Positions 38,163 to 48,633 of a stretch of DNA of 64,000 nt are shown here, in pieces. This DNA comes from Bdellovibrionota bacterium. GTDB lineage: Bacteria > Bdellovibrionota > UBA1018 > CAIPTA01 > JAALKR01. The notes below the pieces were generated by a model. That model saw nothing but the letters and a program-made list of their open reading frames with translations. It searched no databases and was not told the DNA's origin. A program made the translations under genes and the position numbers. The stretch lies in NCBI GenBank assembly GCA_965207455.1, contig CBDBMJ010000001.1, positions 448,001 through 512,000 on the forward strand, in the 5' to 3' direction. Numbering within the stretch: the first letter of the stretch is position 1; the number at the start of each line of letters is the position of its first letter.

Positions 38163-40961
38163 ATGGAAATCAAAAAACTTAGTATAATCATTGCCTGTAT
38201 CAGTATTGCGGCCTGTTCCTCTGATCCTTCTGGAGATGTATCGGAGTCTAAGCGGGATAATAATCTAACCACAGGTGATACAGAAACAAAACCACCTATT
38301 CTAAAAAGGAAGACTCAGGCGCAGGAGAGGGCATTTTCTCTATACCGGACGGTGTACAGTCAGTCTCAGTCTCAAGTATTGCAAGAGTCTCAATTTTTAG
38401 AGACTTTGCCCTGTTTTCTCATAGCTATGCAAAATAGCCATAACGCCGATGTTTCTGAAGTACTGCCTCAGATTGAGTCCTGTATGAATAGTGCTTTTGC
38501 TTGGCGACGAATACGTCAGCAGGAGTTTAAAAATGATCCATATTCCACGGTATATGATGAATTTCGGTCGGAAAATAAAAAATGGATCCCTTTACTTTTA
38601 TCCCGGGGTTTACCTAAGGGTGTTCCTTCTCGTAGTGTATTAGAAATATTGGGCATGTTGTATGAGGCACAGAGGTCTGCTTTCCATAGGGAAGCAATCT
38701 TCCTATCCAAGGTGTTTGAGAATCAAGGAATGAAATTGTCTGCATTAGCGCCATCCATACTATCCTTTGTTTTTTATCATGGGAATCGAGAGGATACAGT
38801 TTTGGAGTATGGAGAGTTATACTTAGGTACTATTTTTTCTAGAATCAATGAGTTGAGCAATTATGTGACGATTAAAAGCCCGGAGTCCTCTCCCAGTCAG
38901 TGGATGCCGTTTCAGAATAAAATTGTACTTTCTCCTGCATTTGATGCGCTTTTTAAGTATTTGCAAAAGGATAAACCAGTTGACGTAAAGGTAAATTTAT
39001 TGATTCAAAAACTGACATTGAAAAAAGACAGTATTGAAGAGTATTTTGAAGATGCTATTTATGAAATTTCTTCTCTACAGGAGCGATTGAAATCGGAAGA
39101 TAATACTTCGTTGGAAGCAAGAGAAATTCTCTATAGAAAAATAAGGAAGAAAGAAGAGGAAACGGGAAAAGCTATTCGCACATATATGGTGTTTTTAGAG
39201 GATAAAGATCCAAAAAAATCGAAAGAATTAAAAACAAGACTTGAAGGGTTGCTTACGATCTATAAAAATATATCTGATTTATTTGCAGAAAAGAAAAGTC
39301 CAGAGGAAGTTGTGAGTGGTATTGCCCACGCTGCCTTAAGTATTATTTCTCTTATCAAGGGAGACTCCTACCTTGGATTTTTTGGGAATAGAGCCATTTT
39401 GGATAATCTTATGAAGATACAGGAAAAAATAAAGGAATTAAGGGAAGAAATACATGAGAGATTTAATTTAATAAGTGATCAGTTGGATGAGATTAATGAA
39501 TTGATTTTAAAAAGTATTGATGTAAATCAAGAAAATTTTTCAGATATCAAGATAGCTTTAAACAAGATTATAAAAGAGAACAGATCTATTAAATTTATTG
39601 GAATGGAGGGTTTTAAGCATACCCTTACTCAGCCGTACGATAATAAGGAAGAGGTTTGTTTTGTTGCTCTTTCCGCATCTAAAGAGGAATCGCAAGAACT
39701 TCCACGGAATATATTATATGAATGTCTTGGAAGCTTCTCGAGCCGTGCCACCCATTTATCGAAAAATCCGCTTATATCAGGAAAAACTTATGAAGAAAAC
39801 TGGGATAACTTGTTTTACAAAAAGCCTGAGGAAATATTCGGACTTCTGCCCACTTTAATACGAAAATATAATTCCAATTTTCATATAAAGGATCTGCCTC
39901 ATCCAGGAGAATGGGCTAAAGGAGTTCAAAATTACCTAAGTTTTGCTTTAGAGACTAAAACTAGGATCAATAGTGAGGTTCTAGGAAGCATGAAAGAAGA
40001 AGGTAAAAAATTAATAGACACTTTAGGAGAATTAAGGAATGAAAATTTTCTGAATATGATTATTTCAGATACTAAATGGAATATGAAAGAAATACTGGAA
40101 AATATAAAATCAGAAATCACTCTTTTTGAGTCGAAGAATTTAAAAGGAAATGAATTTCTTTTATTGAAAAATCAAGACTTGAAAAAAATAGATACCGTTA
40201 GACTGGCTTTGGCACTGGGTCTTGTAAAAGAGAAGATTTCTGTGGATGTTTGGTTTACTGTTGAGGGGATGGGGAATAAACGTTATTATGCCAATAGCGC
40301 TAATCATATTTCAGGACGTCACTATCTCCAATGGCATGCCGTAAGAGCAATTCATATTATGGACAAGGATGGATCATCTTTGGGCGTGCACAGAAAACGC
40401 TATTATACTGGTAGAAAATATGGAACTTCAATCGGAGTTTCTTCCTCACGTAATGAAGATGTTGAGAGAACTAGCTGGTCAAGGTGGAATTTCCGCAAAG
40501 AGGCTGGGAGAGTAAGAGAATATGTTAAAAATTATTCATCGAATGGAAAAATTACTCCTGTGGATACAGCAGAATTGGAAGAGCTAGTGTATGCAATGGT
40601 TATTATGGAAAAAGAAAGGATGCATAGGAAAATAGCACTGGATTTTACAAGAAAGTTTTCCATGGAAGAGGGCAAGAAAATAAAAATGATCCAAAATCGC
40701 TTGCTGGCTAAGTTTATTGTCTCTTCCACATACCCACAAAACAAACAGGGATTGATGGAGGCAAAGGAAGTATTTCAAGTTCTTATGAGTCCCTTAGAGT
40801 TACAGGAGAAACTTCTGGAGTCTAAGGATTACCATGATCTAGAAAGTAAAATGCATATACCTACGGAAGTTTTAAAACTGCCTAAGGATACATTAAATTT
40901 GGATTCCTTTCTCTACACTGTACAGAATCAAATAGAAGCCATGGAATACTGGATTCCATAG
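38163..40961 (+). CDS. Large helical/coiled-coil lipoprotein of unknown function
   Basis: AAGGA RBS, lipobox IAAC and a heptad-like stretch ILDNLMKIQEKIKELREEIHERFNLISDQLDEIN. Confidence 0.75.
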   Translation: MEIKKLSIIIACISIAACSSDPSGDVSESKRDNNLTTGDTETKPPILKRKTQAQERAFSLYRTVYSQSQSQVLQESQFLETLPCFLIAMQNSHNADVSEVLPQIESCMNSAFAWRRIRQQEFKNDPYSTVYDEFRSENKKWIPLLLSRGLPKGVPSRSVLEILGMLYEAQRSAFHREAIFLSKVFENQGMKLSALAPSILSFVFYHGNREDTVLEYGELYLGTIFSRINELSNYVTIKSPESSPSQWMPFQNKIVLSPAFDALFKYLQKDKPVDVKVNLLIQKLTLKKDSIEEYFEDAIYEISSLQERLKSEDNTSLEAREILYRKIRKKEEETGKAIRTYMVFLEDKDPKKSKELKTRLEGLLTIYKNISDLFAEKKSPEEVVSGIAHAALSIISLIKGDSYLGFFGNRAILDNLMKIQEKIKELREEIHERFNLISDQLDEINELILKSIDVNQENFSDIKIALNKIIKENRSIKFIGMEGFKHTLTQPYDNKEEVCFVALSASKEESQELPRNILYECLGSFSSRATHLSKNPLISGKTYEENWDNLFYKKPEEIFGLLPTLIRKYNSNFHIKDLPHPGEWAKGVQNYLSFALETKTRINSEVLGSMKEEGKKLIDTLGELRNENFLNMIISDTKWNMKEILENIKSEITLFESKNLKGNEFLLLKNQDLKKIDTVRLALALGLVKEKISVDVWFTVEGMGNKRYYANSANHISGRHYLQWHAVRAIHIMDKDGSSLGVHRKRYYTGRKYGTSIGVSSSRNEDVERTSWSRWNFRKEAGRVREYVKNYSSNGKITPVDTAELEELVYAMVIMEKERMHRKIALDFTRKFSMEEGKKIKMIQNRLLAKFIVSSTYPQNKQGLMEAKEVFQVLMSPLELQEKLLESKDYHDLESKMHIPTEVLKLPKDTLNLDSFLYTVQNQIEAMEYWIP

Positions 40962-40964
40962 AAG

Positions 40965-40984
40965 TTTTGTATTACTGATAACGT
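40965..40984 (+). repeat. 20-bp direct repeat, copy 1
   Basis: TTTTGTATTACTGATAACGT is identical to 42704-42723. Confidence 0.85.
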
Positions 40985-41166
40985 GATTCAACCTAGCCGC
41001 ATTGCAATTCTCACCTGAAAACAGGTAAAAATTAGCCTAAACTCTCCTACGAAGAGATCAGCATAAAAATAATTAATTGAAATTATTAAAATTAATGATA
41101 TACTGTAATTGTCGGGTATTCTTAACAAAAGATGGATATTTTTAACACAATGAATGGGGGCATTCT

Positions 41167-42678
41167 ATGATGAGGAATAATTATTCTCTACAGCTATTCT
41201 CTATATTTTACGCTGTACTAACTTTATCCAGTGTGACTGCACTAATTGGGTGTATTAAAGAAACTGGAACCCAAGCTTCCGAAGGAGCAATCGCTACACA
41301 AATTGTCTCTGGAGGACAACATACTTGCGCACTTTTAGCTACTGGATCAGTAAAATGTTGGGGGTCCAATAGCTATGGGCAGTTGGGTGTTGAGACAAAT
41401 GAAGTATGTATCGAGAAGATCTATGATGGATCAGCGGTAGCATATGAAACTTCATTTCAGTGCAGTACAAGGCCAGTTGATGTTTCAGGTTTAAGTAATG
41501 TACGTCAAATTGCCTTAGGAAAAAACCACTCCTGCGCACTTATCAATGATGGATCAGTAAAATGCTGGGGAGACAGTTCTTCTGGGAGGTTGGGGTTCGA
41601 GGCGAATGAGGTATGTGGTGAAAATCCAAGGACCAACCCATGTAGTAAAAAACCAGTTACCATTTCTGACTTAAACAATGTTATTCAAATTGCTTTGGGA
41701 GATAACCACTCTTGCGCAGTTTTAAGTGATAAAACAGTAAAATGCTGGGGGTATAACTATTACGGTCAGTTGGGCAATAGCAGTGGTAGCAGTAACCTTA
41801 ATAAGCAAAATTCTGTATCCATGGGATCCTCAGTCAATGCAGGTGAGCAGTCCAATGTAAGTCTAACAGATTCTTCTCAAGGTTCTCCTCCATATCCTTC
41901 AATGGATTCTTCTCAAGGTTCAACTACTGGCGAGGGGAGTGCCGAAAGCTCTGTCTCAAGTGTAACGCCAGTTTTAGTTTCTAGCTTAAGCAATGTACGT
42001 CAAATTTCTTTAGGGCAGGATCACTCTTGCGCACTTTTAGATGATGATACCAGCACTACTGATAATGAGGCAGGCACAGTGAAATGTTGGGGAAATAGTT
42101 ACTTGGATAATGACAGTTCTGGCGAAGAAAGTTCAACACCAATTTTAGTTCCCAATCTAAGTAATGTAAGTCAAATCTCCTTAGCTTATCTTCGATCCTG
42201 CGCACTTATTAATGATGGATCAGTAAAATGTTGGGGGTATAATCTCGACGGATGGTTCGGTGGTAGTAGTACAACAAATAGAAACATACCAGTTAATTCT
42301 TTTGGTTTAACTAATGTACGTCAATTTTCCTTGGGAGCTTCCCACGTTTGCGCAATCTTAAATGATGATACCAGCACCACTGCTAATGAGGCAGGCACAG
42401 TAAAATGTTGGGGAGATAATAGCATTGGGCGATTAGGCGATGGTACTACTTCAGAAAAAAGCGTGCCAGTTAAAGCTATTGGTTTAAGCGATGTGAAGCA
42501 AATTTCTTCAGGGGGATACCATACCTGTGCACTTTCAGGTAATAGATCAGTACATTGTTGGGGACGTAATGTCGAGGGGCAGTTGGGTGTTTCTACCAAA
42601 ATCCTGTGCACTGATAATGATATCAAATGTAGTCCCGTGCCAGCTTTAAATCCAGTTTTTCAAGCAAGAAACCAATAA
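41167..42678 (+). CDS. RCC1-repeat beta-propeller lipoprotein
   Basis: Lipobox LIGC, seven VKCWG/VHCWG repeats and a Ser-rich insertion. Confidence 0.88.
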   Translation: MMRNNYSLQLFSIFYAVLTLSSVTALIGCIKETGTQASEGAIATQIVSGGQHTCALLATGSVKCWGSNSYGQLGVETNEVCIEKIYDGSAVAYETSFQCSTRPVDVSGLSNVRQIALGKNHSCALINDGSVKCWGDSSSGRLGFEANEVCGENPRTNPCSKKPVTISDLNNVIQIALGDNHSCAVLSDKTVKCWGYNYYGQLGNSSGSSNLNKQNSVSMGSSVNAGEQSNVSLTDSSQGSPPYPSMDSSQGSTTGEGSAESSVSSVTPVLVSSLSNVRQISLGQDHSCALLDDDTSTTDNEAGTVKCWGNSYLDNDSSGEESSTPILVPNLSNVSQISLAYLRSCALINDGSVKCWGYNLDGWFGGSSTTNRNIPVNSFGLTNVRQFSLGASHVCAILNDDTSTTANEAGTVKCWGDNSIGRLGDGTTSEKSVPVKAIGLSDVKQISSGGYHTCALSGNRSVHCWGRNVEGQLGVSTKILCTDNDIKCSPVPALNPVFQARNQ

Positions 42679-42703
42679 AGCTTTATAGGGCAGATAGTAT
42701 GGA

Positions 42704-42723
42704 TTTTGTATTACTGATAACGT
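42704..42723 (+). repeat. 20-bp direct repeat, copy 2
   Basis: Identical to 40965-40984. Both copies continue with nAnTCAAC. Confidence 0.85.
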
Positions 42724-42816
42724 AACTCAACTTTGATATGGTCAGGGTCTTCAAAGAAAACAACATAGTTGCTTGGTCCACCGGCATGTGTGATTAATTT
42801 GATCTTGTCAACTTTC

Positions 42817-43692
42817 TTACACAAAGGGGCGAAAAAAGATGGCATCTACGAGTAGGAAGATAAATAGCCAAGTGATATAGAGAAGGCTTACAAAGAACAG
42901 GTGTTTGCAGTATGCGTGGGTCTTTTTTTGTAGCATTTCTACGGTTTTCCAGATGTAGACTGAATTTAAAACAATGGCACAGCAAAGATAGAAAGCGCTT
43001 ACGCCGCCGATGAAATAGGGGCTAAGGCTAACGGCAGCCAGTACTAGTGTGTACCAAAAAATAGCTTTTCTTGTTTTCGCTTCTCCAAATTTTACGGGTA
43101 GCATGGGAATATTTGCTCGTCCATAATCTTCTTTGAGGGTAATGGCTAATGCCCAGAAATGGGGAGGGCTCCAAAACAAAATAATGGCAAACAGGGACCA
43201 GGCTAGGGGAGAGATTTCTCCTGAGGCGGCAGCCCAGCCCATTAAAGGAGCCGTGGCTCCAGCAATACCGCCGAGGAAAGTATTGTGGTGTGTGGTGCGT
43301 TTGAGCCATCGGGTATAAATAAAAACATAAAACATAATGGTAAATAGACTCAGAAAGGCTGTCATTGGATTCAGGTACAGAGATAACAGAAAAGCTATGG
43401 TACCTGTAATGATTCCAAATAAGAGTGCTTCCTCTTTTTTTAATAGGCCTAGGGGAAGGGGGCGTTTGTGTCGAGTGCGTTCCATGATAGCATCTATATC
43501 TCTATCGCAATACATATTGAGAGCGTTGGCAGAAGCTGCGGTCAGGGTCATGGCAAGCAAGACCAATACGATTGCTTGGGGTTGGTCCAAGAGGCTTCCC
43601 TCTAAAACAAGGGAGGCAAAACCAGTGATTGTGAATAGGATCACAATTTTAGGTTTGGTGAGGTTAATGTAATGACTTACGGTAGAATACAT
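42817..43692 (-). CDS. cyoE: Heme O synthase (protoheme IX farnesyltransferase)
   Basis: Motifs LTKP, NMYCDRDID..MERT..RPL and W.PPHFWAL…DY. Confidence 0.95.
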   Translation of the reverse strand: MYSTVSHYINLTKPKIVILFTITGFASLVLEGSLLDQPQAIVLVLLAMTLTAASANALNMYCDRDIDAIMERTRHKRPLPLGLLKKEEALLFGIITGTIAFLLSLYLNPMTAFLSLFTIMFYVFIYTRWLKRTTHHNTFLGGIAGATAPLMGWAAASGEISPLAWSLFAIILFWSPPHFWALAITLKEDYGRANIPMLPVKFGEAKTRKAIFWYTLVLAAVSLSPYFIGGVSAFYLCCAIVLNSVYIWKTVEMLQKKTHAYCKHLFFVSLLYITWLFIFLLVDAIFFRPFV

Positions 43693-44578
43693 AATGGGAT
43701 ATCAGTATAAGGCTAAGAAGCAAAATAGCAATACCTAAATGGGCTACGCTTATCCATGCTGGGATTGTCGACGTGCTGCTTTTTACTCCAGCAACAATCA
43801 TTCCCACCCCTAGGGACCATTGGGTGAAGAGTAGAGTGGCAATAGACCAAGGGACAAAGCAGCGTAGGGATAGTTTCGTTTTTGGTAGTTTGCGCCATTG
43901 CCATAAAAAATAGATCGTAGCTAGGGTGAAGAGCAGGGCCATCAAGCGGTGGGTGAATTGTAGTCCGACCAAACCAGAAAATCCTGGAAACCACTCTCCA
44001 TGACAGGTGGGAAAATCGGGACAGGCTAGGCCCCCATAGTTAGAGCTCACGCTTCCGCCCAAAAGAATTTGTAGGAATAAAAGCACTAGGGCTATGCGAG
44101 CGCCATAGAAAAACGTAGGGGGTATTGAAACACTGGGGGAGTTTGGTGGATAGGCAATAAAAAAAGTTCTCAGGGTCATCCAGAGCAGTATGGAGTAGAA
44201 GAGTACAGCGACGCCTAAATGTAGGGCGACTATTTCCCATTGCAAAAGTTTTGCCACTGTGAGGTAGCCCATAAAAATTTGAACAAAGAGTAGGAGTAGG
44301 GCAACGCCAAAAAGTTTTTTTAATTGTTTTTGATCTTTAAGGAAGATAAAAAATCCTGCAATAAGAAGAAGAATACTCACTAGAGTGGCAGCTAATCGAT
44401 GACCATACTCCAGCATAATTCGATATTCCATGGGAGGAATGATTTGACCGTGGCAAAGAGGCCAGTCAGGACAAGAAAGACCTGCGCCTTCATTACGAAC
44501 CCAGCCACCTAGAACCATGGTGCAAAAGGTGAAGAAGACTAAGGATAGGAAAATATAAAATAGGGTTTTTGTATTCAT
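43664..44578 (-). CDS. ctaA: Heme A synthase
   Basis: Motifs GLSCPDWPLC, EYGHR, GLACPDFPTC and HL. Confidence 0.9.
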   Translation of the reverse strand: MNTKTLFYIFLSLVFFTFCTMVLGGWVRNEGAGLSCPDWPLCHGQIIPPMEYRIMLEYGHRLAATLVSILLLIAGFFIFLKDQKQLKKLFGVALLLLFVQIFMGYLTVAKLLQWEIVALHLGVAVLFYSILLWMTLRTFFIAYPPNSPSVSIPPTFFYGARIALVLLFLQILLGGSVSSNYGGLACPDFPTCHGEWFPGFSGLVGLQFTHRLMALLFTLATIYFLWQWRKLPKTKLSLRCFVPWSIATLLFTQWSLGVGMIVAGVKSSTSTIPAWISVAHLGIAILLLSLILISHYVFYRKSLH

Positions 44579-45372
44579 TTTTTGTTTTCCTCTACCATTG
44601 TGTCGATTATCAAATCTATAGGAACGGTGGTTTTTTTAACGGAGCCCTTGCCGATTCCTTCGCTACTTAATTGTAAGATGTATTTTCCGTCGGCCTTGCT
44701 TGTGGTTTGGGGGTTGGGCGCTTTGCTGCGAATATAATGTGTTAAGGCCCAGCGGTCTTGAATGGAAAGTACGGTAAAACTGGCCATACCTGTGTTGGGT
44801 ATGCCTTGGCTGATGGAAACAAAAATAGATTTGGCAGATGTTCCGTTTGTCCATGTATTTGAGGGAGCATAAAAATTTCTAGGTTGTGGTTTTAGGGCAG
44901 CACCGGCAACGCCATCTCCCCGTCCTTTCGTGCCATGGCAGGCAGTGCAATTCGTATTATACAGTGCCTTTCCCTGGGTTATTTGTTGGGGAGAGGATAT
45001 CTCCATTTTTTTTACATCTGCTAAAGAAAGGGTGGGGGCAACTTTTTTTATGGTAATAAATTTTTCTTGGCGACGAGCCCAGAGGTCACTAGCGGTTAGC
45101 CAAACAAAAACAGCTAGTGTTAGGATTGAGCTCAAGATGGCAATTCGATTGGCGTTGCTGTCCCATTTTAGTCCCATAAAAAATAGGAGTACGAGGGAAG
45201 CTTTAGCGGATGCAATGGCCATGGCTACGGCTGCATTCATGGCAGTACTGCCAAAGTTAAGATAGGAAACGGCCACGGTTAGAGCGGTAAGGGCAAGCAG
45301 GGCAGTGATGGTAATAACATATATTTTTAAGGGAATAATATGATGTTCGTTATGATTTTTTTTATTGTTCAT
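44575..45372 (-). CDS. Cytochrome c oxidase subunit IV fused to a cytochrome c domain
   Basis: LL.LT.LTV and KA.LV..FFM.LKWD in the N-terminus, CTACH and distal GMASF in the C-terminus. Confidence 0.85.
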   Translation of the reverse strand: MNNKKNHNEHHIIPLKIYVITITALLALTALTVAVSYLNFGSTAMNAAVAMAIASAKASLVLLFFMGLKWDSNANRIAILSSILTLAVFVWLTASDLWARRQEKFITIKKVAPTLSLADVKKMEISSPQQITQGKALYNTNCTACHGTKGRGDGVAGAALKPQPRNFYAPSNTWTNGTSAKSIFVSISQGIPNTGMASFTVLSIQDRWALTHYIRSKAPNPQTTSKADGKYILQLSSEGIGKGSVKKTTVPIDLIIDTMVEENKK

Positions 45373-45375
45373 CGT

Positions 45376-46023
45376 TTATACCACCAAATAAAATAAGGGA
45401 AAAAGGAATATCCAGATTAAGTCCACTAGGTGCCAATATAGTCCCACAAATTCTACAGCAGTAAAGTTTTCAGAGTTGAAATCGCCTCGTCTGAGTCGCC
45501 ACATTAACCATAGTAGGCAAATCATTCCTCCTATAACGTGGATGCCATGGAGTCCTGTCATCATAAAATATAGGGAGAAAAACAGGGAGGCGTTTTCCAC
45601 ATGTTCCATGGCAGGGAAGTTAAAATACTTGCCTGGTAGAAGTCCTTCATGGATTTTATGGCTGTACTCAAAATATTTAATGACCATAAAGACACCAGCA
45701 CAAAGAAAGGTGAGTATTAAATTTATCATGGCTTTGCCGAGTTGGTTGCGTTGAACATAAGCAATAGCAAGGGCCATTGTTAGTGAGCTGACCAGCAAAA
45801 CTACGGTATTTATGGATCCCATAACTTTATCTAAGTGGTGATGGGCTTCCTTGAATGTTTCTGGGTAGAGGTAATTAAAGAGAATAAAAGCGACGAAGAG
45901 TCCTCCAAAGAGCATCACCTCTTGGACTAGGAAGAGCCACATGCCAAATTTGCTGGACTCAAACTCATGCTCCTTACTTTTAAACCAAGGAGCGAAATCT
46001 TGTGTTCTTTCTTTACTACTCAT
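45376..46023 (-). CDS. ctaE: Cytochrome c oxidase subunit III
   Basis: Motifs GMWLFL..E..LFGGLF, TGLHG.HV and LYWHLVDLIWIFLFP. Confidence 0.93.
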   Translation of the reverse strand: MSSKERTQDFAPWFKSKEHEFESSKFGMWLFLVQEVMLFGGLFVAFILFNYLYPETFKEAHHHLDKVMGSINTVVLLVSSLTMALAIAYVQRNQLGKAMINLILTFLCAGVFMVIKYFEYSHKIHEGLLPGKYFNFPAMEHVENASLFFSLYFMMTGLHGIHVIGGMICLLWLMWRLRRGDFNSENFTAVEFVGLYWHLVDLIWIFLFPLFYLVV

Positions 46024-46026
46024 AGT

Positions 46027-47616
46027 TTATGTTCGTCCATACTCATACGGTCCTGTGTTCACAGAGGGGTCTTTTTCAAAGTTATGGGTAATGGGAGGGG
46101 AGGAGGCAGCCGTCCACTCCAAAGTGGTACTTCCCCAAGGATTAGAGGGAGCTTTTTTTCCATAGAATAGGCAGAAGATCCAATTGAAGAAAGCAATAAA
46201 TATGCCCGCAGCAATGAGGAACGCGCCTACTGTGGAGACTTGGTTAAGGAATTGAAATTTTTCTATATAGGAAAAATATCGACGGGGCATTCCGTTAGCA
46301 CCTAAGAAAAACTGGGTGAAAAAAGTGATGTTAAAGCCCACAAAGAAAAGTACAAAGCTTACTTTTCCCCAGAATTCATGGAACATTCTTCCCGTAATTT
46401 TCGGATACCAATGGAAAATTCCCGATAGTAATGCGGTTACGGTGCCTCCTACCATCACATAGTGAAAGTGGGCAACAACGAAATACGTGTCATGGTAGTG
46501 TTGATCCAAGGACAGCGCTCCGAGGAAAATTCCCGTTAGTCCTCCAATGGCAAGAGTAAAGAGAAAACCCAGGGTATAGAGCATGGGTGTTTGTAAACTA
46601 ATGGAGCCCTTATATAGTGTGGCTGTCCAGTTAAAGATTTTAATGCCAGTGGGAATAGCTGTGAGCATAGTCATTGCGGAAAATAGTATATTAGCTAGAG
46701 GACTTTCTCCGCTGGTAAACATATGGTGACCCCAAACAAAGAAACTTACCAAGGCTAGGCCTATGGAGGAGTAGGCAATCATCTTATAGCCAAAGATTAC
46801 TTTACGAGCAAACGTGGTAATGACTTCACTGATAATGCCAAAGGCGGGAAGGATCATAATATAAACGGCAGGATGGGAATAAAACCAAAAGAAGTGTTGA
46901 AAGAGGACGGGATCTCCTCCGAGGGCAGGGTCAAAGAATCCGATGCCTAATAGTCGTTCCATCATAAGAAGCACTAGTGTGATGGCAAGTACGGGAGTGG
47001 CTACTAATTGGAGAAGGCTGGTGGCGTAGATGGCCCAGACAAATAGGGGCATGCGCATCCAAGTCATACCAGGGCAGCGTAATTTATGGACAGTGACCAT
47101 AAAATTAAGACCGGTAAATATGGATGCGAATCCCATGATAAATACACCACCCACCATGCTTAGAACAGCAGTATTGGTTTGCATACTATAGGGGGCATAG
47201 AAGGTCCAGCCCGTGTCTGCCCCTGCGCCACTTATTAAGCCGTAGAGATTCAAACCCATGCCCGCTAATAGAATATAATAACTGGCTAGGTTTAATTTTG
47301 GAAAGGCCACATCCTTTGCTCCAATCATAAGGGGCAAAAAGAAATTACCCAATGCTCCTGGAATGGCAGGAATGATAAACCAAAAAACCATGATAGCTCC
47401 ATGGAGAGTAAATGTCCGGTTATAAGCGTTTGCGCTTAAAAAATCTTGAGCGGGAGTCCAGAGTTCTGCACGTATTACAAGGGCTAAGATGCCGCCAACA
47501 AGAAAAGATAACAGAGTGGTGGATAGGTAGAGGATACCAATACGTTTATGATCAAAGGTATAGATCCAACTCAACAGCCCCTTTTTTTCTTCTATATAAC
47601 TCAAATGACCAGACAT
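46027..47616 (-). CDS. ctaD: Cytochrome c oxidase subunit I (type A2)
   Basis: Motifs [15 protein letters not shown] (the YS motif of type A2), VWGHHM, AHFHY and GMPRRY. Confidence 0.97.
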   Translation of the reverse strand: MSGHLSYIEEKKGLLSWIYTFDHKRIGILYLSTTLLSFLVGGILALVIRAELWTPAQDFLSANAYNRTFTLHGAIMVFWFIIPAIPGALGNFFLPLMIGAKDVAFPKLNLASYYILLAGMGLNLYGLISGAGADTGWTFYAPYSMQTNTAVLSMVGGVFIMGFASIFTGLNFMVTVHKLRCPGMTWMRMPLFVWAIYATSLLQLVATPVLAITLVLLMMERLLGIGFFDPALGGDPVLFQHFFWFYSHPAVYIMILPAFGIISEVITTFARKVIFGYKMIAYSSIGLALVSFFVWGHHMFTSGESPLANILFSAMTMLTAIPTGIKIFNWTATLYKGSISLQTPMLYTLGFLFTLAIGGLTGIFLGALSLDQHYHDTYFVVAHFHYVMVGGTVTALLSGIFHWYPKITGRMFHEFWGKVSFVLFFVGFNITFFTQFFLGANGMPRRYFSYIEKFQFLNQVSTVGAFLIAAGIFIAFFNWIFCLFYGKKAPSNPWGSTTLEWTAASSPPITHNFEKDPSVNTGPYEYGRT

Positions 47617-47637
47617 CTTTTTCCTTTCTAAAAATAG

Positions 47638-48633
47638 CTACTTTAACGTTTTTATATAAGCAATGAGTTCATTCACTTCTTCATCTGTAAGTGTCCCACG
47701 AAACGTGGGCATACTGGCAGGGTATCCTTTTACTACTTCTTTCATGGGGTCCATTAAAGACCTGCGAATATAATTTTCATCTACGGTTACTTTCTTTCCA
47801 TTGGATAATTCTGTGATGCGATTAAAAGCGCCCTTAAAGGTGGGACCCACAAGGCGACTGCCGTTTATGGAGTGGCATACATTACAAGTTTTTGTTTTAT
47901 ATAGGATTGCACCTCGTTGGGCTATGGTTAGGACGTTGGGGGGCTTTGTTTTTGCTGCTGTTGTTGGGGTTTTTGAATTTTCTGATGTTTTTGGAGCATA
48001 TAGGTTTTGCTCCCATCGTCGGAAATTTTCCGGTTCTAGCACATGCACTTTGCCTAACATCATAGAGTGGGAAGTGCCACAATATTCTGCGCAATAGATG
48101 ATATATTCCCCTATCCTAGTTGGGCGAAACCGAAGAGTTGTGAATAGACCGGGCACCACATCTTGTTTAATACGGAAGGCAGGAACAAAAAAACTATGCA
48201 ATACATCTTTAGATGTCATGATGAGTTTAATATCCTTTCCTTTCGGCACATAGAGTGTGTTGGCAAGGATTTTACCATTCGCATATTGCATTTCCCATGA
48301 CCATTGACGGGCCAAAATGTTTATTTCATACTCGTTCATTTTGGGAGTAATATTTTTTATATAATCTCGGAGGCCCCAGAAGAAAGTAATAGCAGCAATC
48401 AAGCCGATAACAAACATGCTTCCCCACTCTAACCAATGATTGTTTGGAATATAGGCAACTGTATCGGACTCTGATCGCCTGCGGTATTTCACCACAAAGA
48501 AGAGGCCCGATCCGAGGACAGCAAGGAATAGAACTAGGCTTACAGCTAATAAAAAGACGAAGAAATCCTGATAGTTTTGAGCACTATCGGAAGCGATGGG
48601 TAGGGTAGAAAAAAACGAAGACAGAATGGTCAA
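47638..48633 (-). CDS. ctaC: Cytochrome c oxidase subunit II with a C-terminal cytochrome c (caa3 type)
   Basis: DVLHSF, CuA motif CAEYCGTSHSMM and CNVCH. Confidence 0.95.
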   Translation of the reverse strand: MTILSSFFSTLPIASDSAQNYQDFFVFLLAVSLVLFLAVLGSGLFFVVKYRRRSESDTVAYIPNNHWLEWGSMFVIGLIAAITFFWGLRDYIKNITPKMNEYEINILARQWSWEMQYANGKILANTLYVPKGKDIKLIMTSKDVLHSFFVPAFRIKQDVVPGLFTTLRFRPTRIGEYIIYCAEYCGTSHSMMLGKVHVLEPENFRRWEQNLYAPKTSENSKTPTTAAKTKPPNVLTIAQRGAILYKTKTCNVCHSINGSRLVGPTFKGAFNRITELSNGKKVTVDENYIRRSLMDPMKEVVKGYPASMPTFRGTLTDEEVNELIAYIKTLK

